Of a DNA stretch of 64,000 bases, positions 39,810 to 51,188 are shown piece by piece. Below the pieces are notes generated by a model. The model searched no databases, was not told the DNA's origin, and saw only the letters and a list, made by a program, of their open reading frames with translations. The stretch comes from Okamejei kenojei (Eukaryota): positions 4,154,001-4,218,000 of the forward strand of contig CM069161.1 in assembly GCA_035221665.1 (NCBI GenBank), in the 5' to 3' direction. Within the stretch, counting starts at the first letter, position 1. Each line of letters begins with the position of its first letter. A program made the position numbers and the translations under genes.

Positions 39810-42800
39810 TGTTAATCCTGGCTAAATTGGACCAGTCAGGTTGGGGTTAAGTTTCAGGGCTTGCTGGGAGATTTGGTCAAATTGGGAATGCTCTCTGCAG
39901 AGCTGGGTGGGATACGCTGTGAGAGGTGGCAGAAAGTCTGGAGCTTAGATACAATTCATATGTAAATATGTAAGGAGATAGCAGATATTAGTAGTAAGCA
40001 CAAGGTAGTGATTGTGGGAGATTTCAATTTCCCAAAAATAGACTGGGAAACACATTCTGTAAATGGGCTGGATGGTTTGGAGTTTGTAAAATGTGTGCAG
40101 GATAGTTTTTTGCAGCAGTACATAGAGGTACCGACCAGAGAAGGGGCAGTGCTGGACCTCCTGTTAGGAAATGAGGCAGGACAGGTGACGGAGGTATGCG
40201 TTGGTGAGCACTTCGGGACCAGTGATCACAATACCATTAGTTTCAATATAATTATGGAGCGAGTCAGAACAGGACCTAGAAGTGGAGATTTTTGATTGGA
40301 GAAAGGCTAACTTTGAGGGAATGCGTGAGGATTTTAAAGGAGTGAATTGGGACACTTTGTTTCATGGGAAGGATGTAGAAGAGAAATGGAGGACATTTAA
40401 AGGGGAAATTGTAAGAGTACAGAATCTTTATGTCCCTGTTAGGTTGAAAGGAAATAGTAAAAATTGGAAAGAGCCATGGTTTTCAAGGGAAATTAGACAC
40501 TTGTTTCGAAAAAAGAGAGATATCTACAATAATTATAGGAGGCATGGAGTAAATGAGGAGTATAAAGAATGTAAAAAGAATCTTAAGAAAGAAATTAGGA
40601 AGGCTAAAAGAAGATATGAGGTTGCTTTGGCAAGAAAGGTGAAAGTAAATCCAAAGGGTTTCTACAGCTATATTAATAGCAAAAGGATAACGAGGGATAA
40701 AATTGGACCATTAGAGAACCAGAATGGACAGCTATCTGCAGAGCCAAAGGAGATGGGGGAGATATTGAACAATTTCTTTTCTTCGGTATTCACCAAGGAG
40801 AAGGATATTGAACTCTGAGGTAAGGGAAAAAAGTAGAGTAGCTATGGAAACTATGAGATTCAAAGAGGAGGAAGTACTGACACTTTTGAAAAATATAAAG
40901 GTGGATAAGTCTCAAGGTCCTGACAGGATATTCCCTAGGACATTGAGGGAAGTTAGTGTAGAAATAGCTATGACAGAAATATTTCAAATGTCATTAGAAA
41001 CGGGAATAGTGCCGGAGGATTGGCGTACTGCGCATGTTGTTCCATTGTTTTAAAAAGGGTTCAAAGAATAAACCTAGCAATTATAGACCTATTAGTTTGA
41101 CGTCAGTGGTGGGCAAATTAATGGAAAGGATACTTAAAGATAATATATATAAGCATCTGGATAAACAGGGTCTGATCAGGAACAGTCAACATGGATTTGT
41201 GCCTGGAAGGTCATGTTTGACAAACCTTGAATTTTTTTGAAGCGGTAACTAGGGAAATTGAAGAGGGTAAAGCAGTGGATGTTGTCTATATGGATTTCAG
41301 TAAGGCCTTTGACAAGGTTCCCCATGGAAGGTTGGTTCAGAAGGTTCAATCTTTGGGTGTTAATGGCGGAGTAGCAAGATGGATTCAACAGTGGCTGAAT
41401 GGGAGATGTCAGAGAGTAATGGTGGATGGCTGTTTGTCAGGTTGGAAGCCGGTGACCAGTGGGGTGCCTCAGGGATCTGTGTTGGATCCACTGTTGTTTG
41501 TCATGTACATCAATGATCTGGATGATGGGGTGGAAAATTAGATAAGTAAGTATGCATGATACTAAGATAGGTGGTATTGTGGATAATGAAGTAGATTCTC
41601 AAAGTCTACAGAGAGATTTGGGCCATTTGGAAAAGTGGGCTGAAAGATGGCAGATGGAGTTTAATGCTGATAAGTGTGAAGTGCTACATGAAGTGAAGTG
41701 GCAGGACAAATCAAAATAGGACGTACATGGTAAATGGTAGGGAATTGAGGAATGCTGTGGAACAGAGGGATCTAGGAATAACTGTGCATAGATCCCTGAA
41801 GGTGGAATCGCATGTAGATAGGGTGGTAAAGAAAGCCTTTGGTGTGCTGGCCTTTATAAATCAGAGCATTGAATATAGGAGTAGGGAAGTAATGTTAAAA
41901 TTGTACAAGGCATTGGTAAGACCAATTCTGGAGTATGGTGTACAATTTTGGTCGCCTAGTTATAGGAAGGATGTCAACAAAATAGAGAGAGTACAGAGGA
42001 GATTTACTAGAATGTTGCCTGGGTTCCAGCAACTATGTTACAGAGAAAGGTTGAACAAGTTAGGTCTTTATTCTTTGGAGCGCAGAAGGTTAAGGGGGGA
42101 CTTGATTGAGGTCTTTAAAATGATGAAAGGGATAGACAGAGTTGACGTGGATAAGCTTTTCCCATTGAGGGTAAGGAAGATTCAAACAAGGGGACATGAC
42201 ATGAGAATTAAGGGACAGAAGTTTAGGGGTAACGTGAGGGGGAACTTCTTTACTCAGAGGGTGGTGGCTGTGTGGAATGAGCTTCCAGCAGAGGTGGTGG
42301 AGGCAGGATCGATTTTAACATTTAAAAGTAAAGTGGATAGGTATATGGACGTGAAGGGAATGGAGGGGTATGGTCTGAGTGCAGGTAGATGGGACTAGGG
42401 GAAAACAAATGGTCGGCACGGACTGGAAGGGCCGAGAGGGCCTGTCTCCGTGCTGTAATTGTTATATGGTTATATGGTTATATGGAAAGGGGCAGGGATA
42501 CCAAATGCATAGAATGGATTGGGTGGTTGCAAGCTAGACATACATTTTGCAAATAGGTTGTAAGTAAGGTTGACTGCTGGATGTTTATTGGATGGGATGT
42601 TAAGCCTTGTCTGAAAGCTCTGTAAATCAGGGTAAATGTTTCAATAGTTGACCATCTCGAAGTCCGTTGTGAATACAATGTATTGAGCTGTTGTATTATT
42701 GGATTAGGGAAACATCTGTTATGTATGGGTTAATCGATATCTGTAATTGGGTAATTGTAAGACAACCCCCTGTGTGGTTTGCCCTCAGGTTCGCGGGGCA

Positions 42801-43046
42801 GATCAAAGGCCGTGATCACGAGGCTCAAGGTCGATCTTCTGGAGAACTTCTGGAGTGTCTCTCTCTAGCGCGAGGCCTAGAGGGCTTGAACAGACAGACG
42901 CAGGGATCGTACCCGCAGTGGGGATAGGTAGAGTGTTTGATCTGTGACACGCTTTTGGTAAAGTAAACTTTAGTTATTTCAAGTGCTTGATTCAGTGTTT
43001 TTACTGAAACTAGACTGGGGGTAAGCTCAGAAATGAGCAATTATCA
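39810..43046 (+). mobile_element. Putative 3' LTR (about 715 bp) split by a CR1 insertion
   Basis: Starts TGTTAAT directly after the PPT, ends ATTATCA (6/7 inverted match); AGTAAA at 42962-42967; pieces about 39810-39963 and 42486-43046. Confidence 0.55.
39964..42485 (+). mobile_element. 5'-truncated CR1 LINE, frameshifted ORF2 (APE end, RT, C-terminus)
   Basis: [58 protein letters not shown]; YADD broken by a small deletion near 41555; (TTATATGG)3 tail 42462-42485. Confidence 0.97.
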
Positions 43047-43614
43047 ACGACGGGTCCCGATCCAAAACATAACCCATCCATTTTCTCCAAGATGCTACCT
43101 GACCCACTGAGTTACTCCACTGAGGTGCTCAGAACTTTGTATACAGTATATCTGTGGTAGAAACCAGTATCTGCAGTCCTTTGTTTCTACGTTTCCAAAT
43201 GCAATCTAGGTGAGGAGGGGTGGATTGGTTTGATGGAGTCAGATGATGGAGCAAGGAATGGAGAAAACCAGAGGTTGGGACATGATGGGTGGAGGTGACC
43301 AGGAGCTGCAGATGATGGAATTTGATGGGAAAGGGAGGTGGGAATGAGAACCTGATAAGGGAGGTTGGATGGGCAGAGGAACAGTGGGATGAGGGGAGCC
43401 AGTGGAAGGAATCTCTGGCTGATGAACAAATGGAGTGGGTGGGAAAGAAGCAGTGTGGGATGGGTGGCATGTTGTGGGCAATAAGGATAAAGTGGGAGGA
43501 TCTCGGTAGATATAGAGACTGGGATTGGCGGAAGCGGTTACCTGAACTTAGGAATGTATCGATCATGCCATTGAGTAGTAGATGATGAGGTGTTGTTACT
43601 CTAGCCCCATCTCC

Positions 43615-44090
43615 CATAGAAACATAGAAAATAGGTGCAGGAGGAGGCCATTCGGCCCTTCGAGCCAGCACCGCCATTCCATATGATCATGGCTGATCGT
43701 CTGCTATCAATAGCCCGTGCCTGCCTTCTCCCCATATCCCTTGACTCCACTAGCCCCTAGAGCTCTATCCAAATCTCTCTTAAATCCATCCAGTGATTTG
43801 GCCTCCACTGCCCTCTGTGGCAGGGAATTCCATAAATTCACAACTCTCTGGGTAAAAAAGTTTTTTTCTCAGCTCAGTCTTAAATGCCCTCCCCTTTATT
43901 CTAAGACTATGGCCCCTGGTTCTGGACTCACCCAACATTGGGAACATTTTTCCTGCATCTAGCTTGTCCAGTCCTTTTCTAATTTTATATGTTTCTATAA
44001 GATCCCCCCTCATCCTTCTAAACTCCAGTGAATACAAGCCTAGTCTTTTCAATCTTTCCTCATATGACAGTCCCGCCATCCCAGGCATCC
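43615..44090 (-). mobile_element. Young CR1 LINE 3' fragment
   Basis: Minus ORF PGMAGLSYEERLKRLGLYSLEFRRMRGDLIETYKI; (catagaaa)n tail. Confidence 0.92.
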
Positions 44091-44844
44091 CTCCCCGCCA
44101 TCACTCAACAGATGGTAATTTAGGATCAAGCACTTGTTCATGTACTGTGGTACAATTCACACAGACCACTGAAATTCTCTCATAATGCAGAGATCGCTGC
44201 AAACACCCGGCGAGTCAGGCAGCAGCTGTGAAGAAACAAATGGGTGTTAGTGTTTCAAACCAAAAATATTTTATTAGAACTGTTACATACTGTATTTTTG
44301 CTTACATTATTCTGTTGTGCTGTAGCAAGCAAGAATTTCATTGTCCTATCTGGGACACATGACAATAAACTCTCTTGACTTGACTTGACGACTGATCCAG
44401 TTGAAAATCTAAGAGTCACGTGTGGAGAAATCATGCAAGGTTAAAAGCAGGAGATGGGGCTAGCAGCTAGGAGAGGGAAGAATGGCCCTGGGCTCCAACA
44501 GGACAATCTACCTAGTCTGTGTCACCAACAACACTATAAGGAAGGCACTGTGACTTTGCTGCAATGCGGTACTGCACACAACATTCACAGAGATCGACAG
44601 ATTATCAATCCAAACCACATCTATGGGTCCCTCAGGAGAAATGCATTTCATTTTGTTCAACCTATTCAGGAAAATGTATAACGACAGACTCCTGGTGTTA
44701 TGTAGAGACAGATTCATGGCCATTAGTGCTGTACCCAGTGTTATGCGGCTCCTGTGCCCACCAACACTGTACCACAGTATCGTACAGTGATAGATCTGTG
44801 CCCATCATTCCTGTACCAGCGACAAATTGCATTAATTAATATTA

Positions 44845-45155
44845 TGGGGTGGTGCAGTGGCACAGCTGTGGAACTGCTGCCTCGCAGTGCCAGAGAGCTG
44901 GGTTCGATCCTGACCTCAGTTGTTGTCTGTGTGTAGTTTGTATGTTCTCCCTGTGACCACTTGAGTTTCGTCCGGGTGCTTGGGTTTCCTCTCATATTCC
45001 AAAGACGTGCAGGTTTGTAGGTTAATTGTCTTCTGTAAACTGCCCCCGGTGTGTCGGATGTGAAAGTGGGACAACATGGAATAAGTGTATGGGTGATGAA
45101 TGGTCAACATGGACTCAGTGGGCTGAAGGGCCTGTTTCCACGCTGTATCTCTAAA
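44845..45155 (+). mobile_element. tRNA-derived SINE (HE1/V-SINE-like)
   Basis: tggcacagctgtgg box A-like, gggttcgatcc box B, central domain, gggcctgtttccacgctgtatctctaaa tail. Confidence 0.85.
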
Positions 45156-46759
45156 AGAAAATAAATAACCAGCCATTCCAATTTTCTACCTTATATTTCC
45201 ACCATTCATTTTGTTTTCCCATCGCTCTTCAGGTATCTCAGTTTCTTTCATCTTGTCCTACATACTGCACTTGACCACCAGACCTACATTTTACACCTGC
45301 TCCCTGCCAGCACCACCTGCTCCTTCAGCCTTTGTTAATCTCTGTCCTATTTTGACCTCTCCCAATCTTCTCTTTGCTCCACCCTTTATTGCAAACAGTG
45401 TTCTTCATTTTAACTCTTCCTGTTTCTGATGATCCAAACTGTGCCATTCACCCTGTTTCTCCCTCCCACAGATTTTGCCCAACCTATTGACATTATTTTC
45501 ACTACTTTCTGTTTTATTTGAGATTTTCAGCACCTGCCTTATGTTGCATTGAATGTATCAGCCTTAATATTCAGAACACTAAGGATAATGCAGTAATGTG
45601 GGCATGGGTCTGAAAATTGGATATTATATGAGGGTGGGGAAAAGGGCTGTGTGTGGCTGGAAAATTGTGTCACACACATAGTGGAAATGTGACTGGGTCC
45701 ATTTCCAAAATAACCCAAAAGGGAGCTTAGGATTGTCACAACCAGCAAATCAATAGATCAGTAGTGTAGCAAGGAACTGCAAATGCTGGTTTACACCGAA
45801 GATAGACACAAGATGCTGGAATAACTCAGCGGGACAGGCAGCATCTCTAGAGAAGGAATGGATTCACGTTGCTGATCCAATGAAGAAGTGTAGGGTCTGA
45901 GGACAGTGATCTCCAGGTTCAAGAACAGCTTCTCACCAGCAGACATCAGCTTCCTCCACAACACAGCGAACCACAACCCAACCTCACCAACTGTTGACTT
46001 TGTTTGCTCGCACTGCGTCCTTCCGTGTTGGAGTATTATGGTCTGGTTGTCAAGTATTAACGACTATTAATCTCTTGTATCATTGATTATTACATATTTA
46101 TTTGTTGTGTTAACGGGCCTGTAAAAAACTGCAGCAAATGTGAATCTTTGTTGCTCCCTACCCGCTACATAAGGCAATTAAACAAGCCTGAATCTCTTCA
46201 TCTCTCCGCGTGATGTTCTATTAGATACAACGTCATGCTATCCTGAAATACGATAATGTCGGAAATAATTGTCTGACAACCAGACAGCCGTCTATCTCAT
46301 GATCAGAAGGCAGTTCCAGCCAGAGTCGGTATCTCTGATGGCCTTCCCTGGGCCCCTGCATTTGATGCTGAGTTAATGCACGTGGAAACTTGACTAGATT
46401 ACTGGTGAATATTTGGAACTGAATTGACGTGAGAAGTTTATCCATTCCCGTGAAGATGTAGCATTATTCAGCATTTTATTCTTATCCCATAAAACGTGCT
46501 CTATGATATTTTGGCATGATTTAAAAGCAATTGTTCCCACTTGGATGCCTTCGGCGGACGCATTCCATCAAAGGCAAAAACGCCAGTCTTGTTTTTCTTC
46601 CGTTTGTGTACACTGCCTTTCACAATGTCAATGTGATCCCAAAATGCTTCCAATCAAAGATGCTCTTTGGAATGGCGAGCACCTCTCGCGTTGTGTGCAT
46701 CGTGACAGACACTTCACGCCCGGCCCACGAAAACCAACCCAGCATTAGATTCTGGGTAG

Positions 46760-46925
46760 ACACAAAAAACTGGAGTAACTCAGCGGGTCAGACAGCATCT
46801 CTGGAGAAAAAGAGAGAAAACGTCGCCTATTCTTTTTCTCCAGAGATGCTGTCTGACCCACTGAGTTACTCCAGCTTTTTGTGCCTAACTTCGGTTTAAA
46901 CCAGCATTTGCAGTTCCTTGCAAAA
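46760..46925. mobile_element. Inverted Penelope-terminus pair with flanking duplication
   Basis: Palindromic arms; CAT(T/C)AGATTCTGGGTAG at 46743-46759 and 46926-46942. Confidence 0.8.
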
Positions 46926-47249
46926 CATCAGATTCTGGGTAGCGGATAAGTACCGGGCTGAAGCACACACACACACACACACGGGCTGCTCTGCTCCGGC
47001 GTTAGCCGAATCTCCGTGGCATTGTACCATCCCCTCCGTCTAGCTTTGACGCAGAATCTCCAACCTCAGAGGCATTAGCTGGGTCATGTGCAAAGCACAA
47101 AGTCAACGGGACAGACTTTGAAGATGTGTTCTAACCCGAAACATCGCCTGTCCACATTCCCTCCACAGATGCCGCTCGACCCGCTGAGTTCCTCCAGCAA
47201 CTTGTATTTTGTATCAATATTCCAGCATCTGCAGTCTCCTGTATCCCCG

Positions 47250-48018
47250 CTAATGGGTCGCGGCCGGAGAAGCGGCGAAAGGGTTAAAATAAATCACCAT
47301 AACTCCTCCTGCTTGGGAGGCGTTGGGTGTTGTGACTGGTGGGGCAGAAGGGAGGCGGAGAGTCAGAGCGAGAGAGGGCGGAAAAAAAAATCAGTTGTCA
47401 GTTAGGAAATATCAGTTTCCTGGACTAGAGAGCGGAGAGAGGTGGGAGTGAAGCGGGGGAGAGGGGGAGACAGCTCACCGATCTCGGGAGCAAGTATTGC
47501 CAGCTCCTCCGTCGGCATGCAGCCGCCCGCTTAGAGGGAAGGTCGGATCACGGAGATCCCTCCGTCACCCTCGGGCAGATCCCGCCCCACCGTGGGGAGC
47601 AGGGCGGAGAAGCGCAGCTGGGCTGGAGCATTGTGGAGACGGGGCTGTGCTTCCCCCTCCTCCATCTCCCTGCTGCTAACAAACAGACCGAGGGCAGAGA
47701 GCCGATGTTCGCCTGCCTCTGGGTCACATCGAGGGACCCCGCCGTTTGACTGCAGCGGAGACGCCGACACCGCAGTGCAGCGAGAGATCGAGCTTCAGCC
47801 AAACACACCACTGCTCTTCCCAGAAGCTGGAGAAGGTCTGGATTAATCCAGATGTTTGCCTTTTACACTGAGGCCGAACACGCCGTGTACATCTGCAAGG
47901 ACCAGAGAAGAGGGTCTCCGTCTCCCGTCGCCCACACAGAGTGAAGCCCGACTCGGCCAAACAGAGCGAGCGAAGCCCTTCACTCCCCCCACTCAGCCCC
48001 GGCAGCCGCAGCCCAGCC
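47250..48018 (+). promoter_or_regulatory. CpG island: CDK5R1 promoter and 5' leader
   Basis: High CpG density, GC boxes (ggaggcggag near 47352, gggcgg near 47376 and 47602), no clear TATA; TSS not determinable. Confidence 0.7.
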
Positions 48019-48927
48019 ATGGGCACCGTGCTCTCGCTGTCGCCCAGCTACAGGAAGGCGGCCCTGTTCGAAGATGGCTCGGCCACGGTGGGCCAATACA
48101 CGGCCGTGCAGAACAGCAAGAACTCCAAGGACAAGAACCTCAAGCGCCACTCCATCATCTCCGTGCTGCCCTGGAAACGCATCGTGGCCGTCTCCACCAA
48201 GAAGAAGAACTCCAAGAAGGTCAACCCCAACAACTACCAGAACAACGTCACCCACCTCAACAACGAGAACTTGAAGAAATCCCTTTCCTGCGCCAATCTC
48301 TCCACCTTCGCCCAGACACAACCCCCGGCCCAGCGAGGCAACCAGCTGCCCGGGAACAAGAACGCCGCCTCCTCGGTGAAGAAAACCCCCGTCGGCACCA
48401 CCGGCGGCTCCAGCTCTCCCAAGAGGGTCATCGTGCAAGCTTCCACCAGCGAGCTGCTCAAGTGTCTGAGCGAGTTTCTCTGCCGCAGATGCTACCGTCT
48501 CAAGCACCTGTCGCCCACCGACCCGGTCCTGTGGCTCCGGAGTGTGGACCGCTCCCTCCTGCTCCAGGGATGGCAGGACCAAGGCTTTGTCACGCCGGCG
48601 AACGTGGTCTTTGTTTACATGCTGTGTCGGGACGTGGTTTCATCCGAGCTGGCCACCGCGCACGAACTGCAAGCCACTCTCTTGACCTGCCTCTACCTGT
48701 CCTACTCGTACATGGGAAACGAGATCTCTTACCCGCTCAAACCTTTTCTCGTGGAGAGCTGTAAAGAGGCTTTCTGGGACCGCTGTCTCAGTATCATCGA
48801 CGCCATGAGTGCGAAAATGTTGCAAATTAACGCGGATCCTCACTTCTTCACGCAAGTGTTCGCCGATTTAAAGAACGAAAGTGGCCAGGAGGAGCGAGGC
48901 CGGATACTGATAGGATTAGACCGGTGA
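48019..48927 (+). CDS. CDK5R1: Cyclin-dependent kinase 5 activator 1 (p35), 302 aa, uninterrupted CDS
   Basis: Strong Kozak GCCATGG; [20 protein letters not shown]...[12 protein letters not shown]...[12 protein letters not shown]...[17 protein letters not shown]...LIGLDR*; downstream of PSMD11 as in human. Confidence 0.98.
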   Translation: MGTVLSLSPSYRKAALFEDGSATVGQYTAVQNSKNSKDKNLKRHSIISVLPWKRIVAVSTKKKNSKKVNPNNYQNNVTHLNNENLKKSLSCANLSTFAQTQPPAQRGNQLPGNKNAASSVKKTPVGTTGGSSSPKRVIVQASTSELLKCLSEFLCRRCYRLKHLSPTDPVLWLRSVDRSLLLQGWQDQGFVTPANVVFVYMLCRDVVSSELATAHELQATLLTCLYLSYSYMGNEISYPLKPFLVESCKEAFWDRCLSIIDAMSAKMLQINADPHFFTQVFADLKNESGQEERGRILIGLDR

Positions 48928-49770
48928 TTGTTCGCCGGGGCCGGCAAAACCACACATCTATCGAGGCAGCTCGATACACTTGAGTGCGCACCCTTTATGT
49001 TCCTTTGTTCCATTGGGGTCTAGTTCAAAAAGAGATTTATTTCCATGCTGCTAAAAGTGTTTTAGAACAATTTTTTTTTTAAACCGGTCCTGCAAAAACG
49101 GCACGTTTTCCCCTCTCTCTCACTCTATTTCTTTCTCTAACTCGCTCCAGTGGTATTGTGCATGCTAAGTATCTCGTGTCCCTGACATCATCTTAGTAAA
49201 ACTGACTCTCGCAGCTAGAAAGCCACATGGCAAGAAACAAAAAAAAAAATCCCATAAGGAAAATATCGAGTATTTGGACATTTTTTTGGTGGGGGGGGGG
49301 GGGGGGGGGGGGTGGGAGGAGGGTGGTTAAACGTTTCAAATAAGTATTTATCAACACGGAGACTTGAGGGTGGGGAGGTTTTTTTTGGTCGTTCTCGGAC
49401 GCACGTGTCTGTGTTTCTCTCTGACCAAGGTGACTGCGAAGCCTGCAAGGATGTGCCATTGTCACAGGTAGTCTGTCAGATAGACTTCAGCTGTACATTC
49501 TAGAAGTGCTAATATATGAAGATGTTTCCCCAGTGCAATTTGTTATTTAAAAACAAGTGAAAATCTCTGTTGACCAAACGGTGTTATTTGTTGTATGTGT
49601 ATAGGGTGTGTATGTATGTATGTATGTGTGTGTATGTATGTATGTATGGGTGAAGTTAAGGATATTGGTGTCACGATGCTGTAAACAGCGGCTGTATTTT
49701 ACGTTGAAATTTTTTTAATTTTTATTTATTTTTGTACTGTGATTAATAAAATGCACTGATCATTCATGAC
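48928..49770 (+). other. CDK5R1: CDK5R1 3' UTR
   Basis: U-rich blocks, G-run about 49291-49312, (TGTA)n about 49610-49648, AATAAA 49745-49750. End position inferred. Confidence 0.65.
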
Positions 49771-50246
49771 CGATTGAGACTGCGAGTTTTTTTAAGGCGA
49801 CAAACAGCTCCTTACCAGAGGCACGTACCGTGGTGGTCAGTTACTGGGGCATGACCAGTTCTGGACCATTGATCCAGACACGAGTTCTAGTCCAACTTCA
49901 GCAGCTGGTCAATTTAGTACTGCTGGATGTTGTTTTACAAAATATAGTTTCAGTAATGTTATGTATGAATCAATCTATATCGGTTTGCACTGAAAGGTCG
50001 TCTGTTTGCAAATTGTCTTCTGGAGGTGAAATTGGTTGTTATTATCTAGTGGGGGCCTACATGTGAATCATGGTTCCTCTGTTTAGGAGTGAAATGTCAG
50101 TGGTGGCCACAAACAAATAACAAGTGCTCTTGGTGACACACCAGGGTATAGCTGCTGCTTCACAGCACTAGCAACCCAGTTTTGATTGTTCCACTGAAGA
50201 GGGACACAAAATGGTACAGGCAGCATCTCTGGAGAGAAGGATAGGT

Positions 50247-50274
50247 GACGTTTCGAGTCAAGACCCTTCTTCAG
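50247..50274 (-). ncRNA. Minimal hammerhead ribozyme core in a Penelope-like terminus
   Basis: Minus strand CTGAAGA-A-GGGTC-TT-GACTC-GAAA-CGTC; flanking GT/AC could begin stem I. Confidence 0.6.
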
Positions 50275-50639
50275 ACTGAGTCAGGGGAGAGGGAACTACA
50301 GGTTCCTATGCATTTTGACTGTTCCACTGCCGTTTGTGGAGTTTGCACATCCCCTCGCTGGCTGTTTGGGTTTCCTCCGCTTGCTTGGGTCACTACCTAT
50401 ATTGGCTACTGTAAATTACCCCTAGTAGAGGGAGGTGTCAAGGCAATGGGAGGGGCGTGATAGGCAAGAGTCAGAATGGATGACAGGGAAATAAGTGAGA
50501 GAATGGGAACAACAGTCACAGCAGTCAGATTTATTTTTATATTTAACCACTAGGATTGCCTGACATCCTAACATCCAATTAACTCATCAATATTTCAACC
50601 ATCCCTCCACACTCTTCCATATGTGTTTTATGCCAATTT

Positions 50640-51188
50640 GGTTTGGAAACAGCTCCATCAAGGATCGTAAGAAATTGCAGTCCAGGTCATCACACAAACC
50701 AACCTCCCCTCCATTGCTTCAATTTATACCTCATGCTGCATCAGCAAGGCCAGCAGCATAATCAAGGACGAGTCACAAGAGAGTCAAGAGTGTTTTATTG
50801 TAATATGTCCTTGACGGGACAATGACAGGATGGCACCCTACCCCCTTCTCCCTTCTCCTCTTCTCCTCTCTCCCATCAGGCAATAGGTATAGAAGTGTGA
50901 AAACGCACACCATCAGATTCAGGTTTATAACATTCACAAATAAAACCTGTTGTGAATGGCCCCAACCCCAGGTGATTCTTGTATGCTAGTCCCAGAAGTG
51001 GATCTACAATCATGCATTACAGTGTACTCTACTTCAATTCATATTATTCCATTTATCATGTATCTATCCGCTGTGGACGGCTCGATTGTAATCATGTGTT
51101 GCTCGCCACTGACTGGTTAGCACCCAACAAAAGCCTTTCACTATACCTCAATACACGTGACAATAAACTCAACTCAAACTCAACTCAT
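50640..51188 (+). mobile_element. Rex-Babar/L2-type LINE 3' end
   Basis: KASSIIKDES..., LFSSLPSGNRYRSVKTHTIRFR; tail gtgacaataaactcaactcaaactcaactc. Confidence 0.7.

Noticed and set aside
47941-48018. GTG start giving a 328-aa p35
   Set aside because: The ATG at 48019 has a strong Kozak context and gives the conserved myristoylated N-terminus.
47856-48764. 302-codon alternative-frame ORF overlapping CDK5R1, and antisense ORF 47980-48582
   Set aside because: Non-ATG start, no recognisable domain; expected by-product of GC3-rich codon usage.
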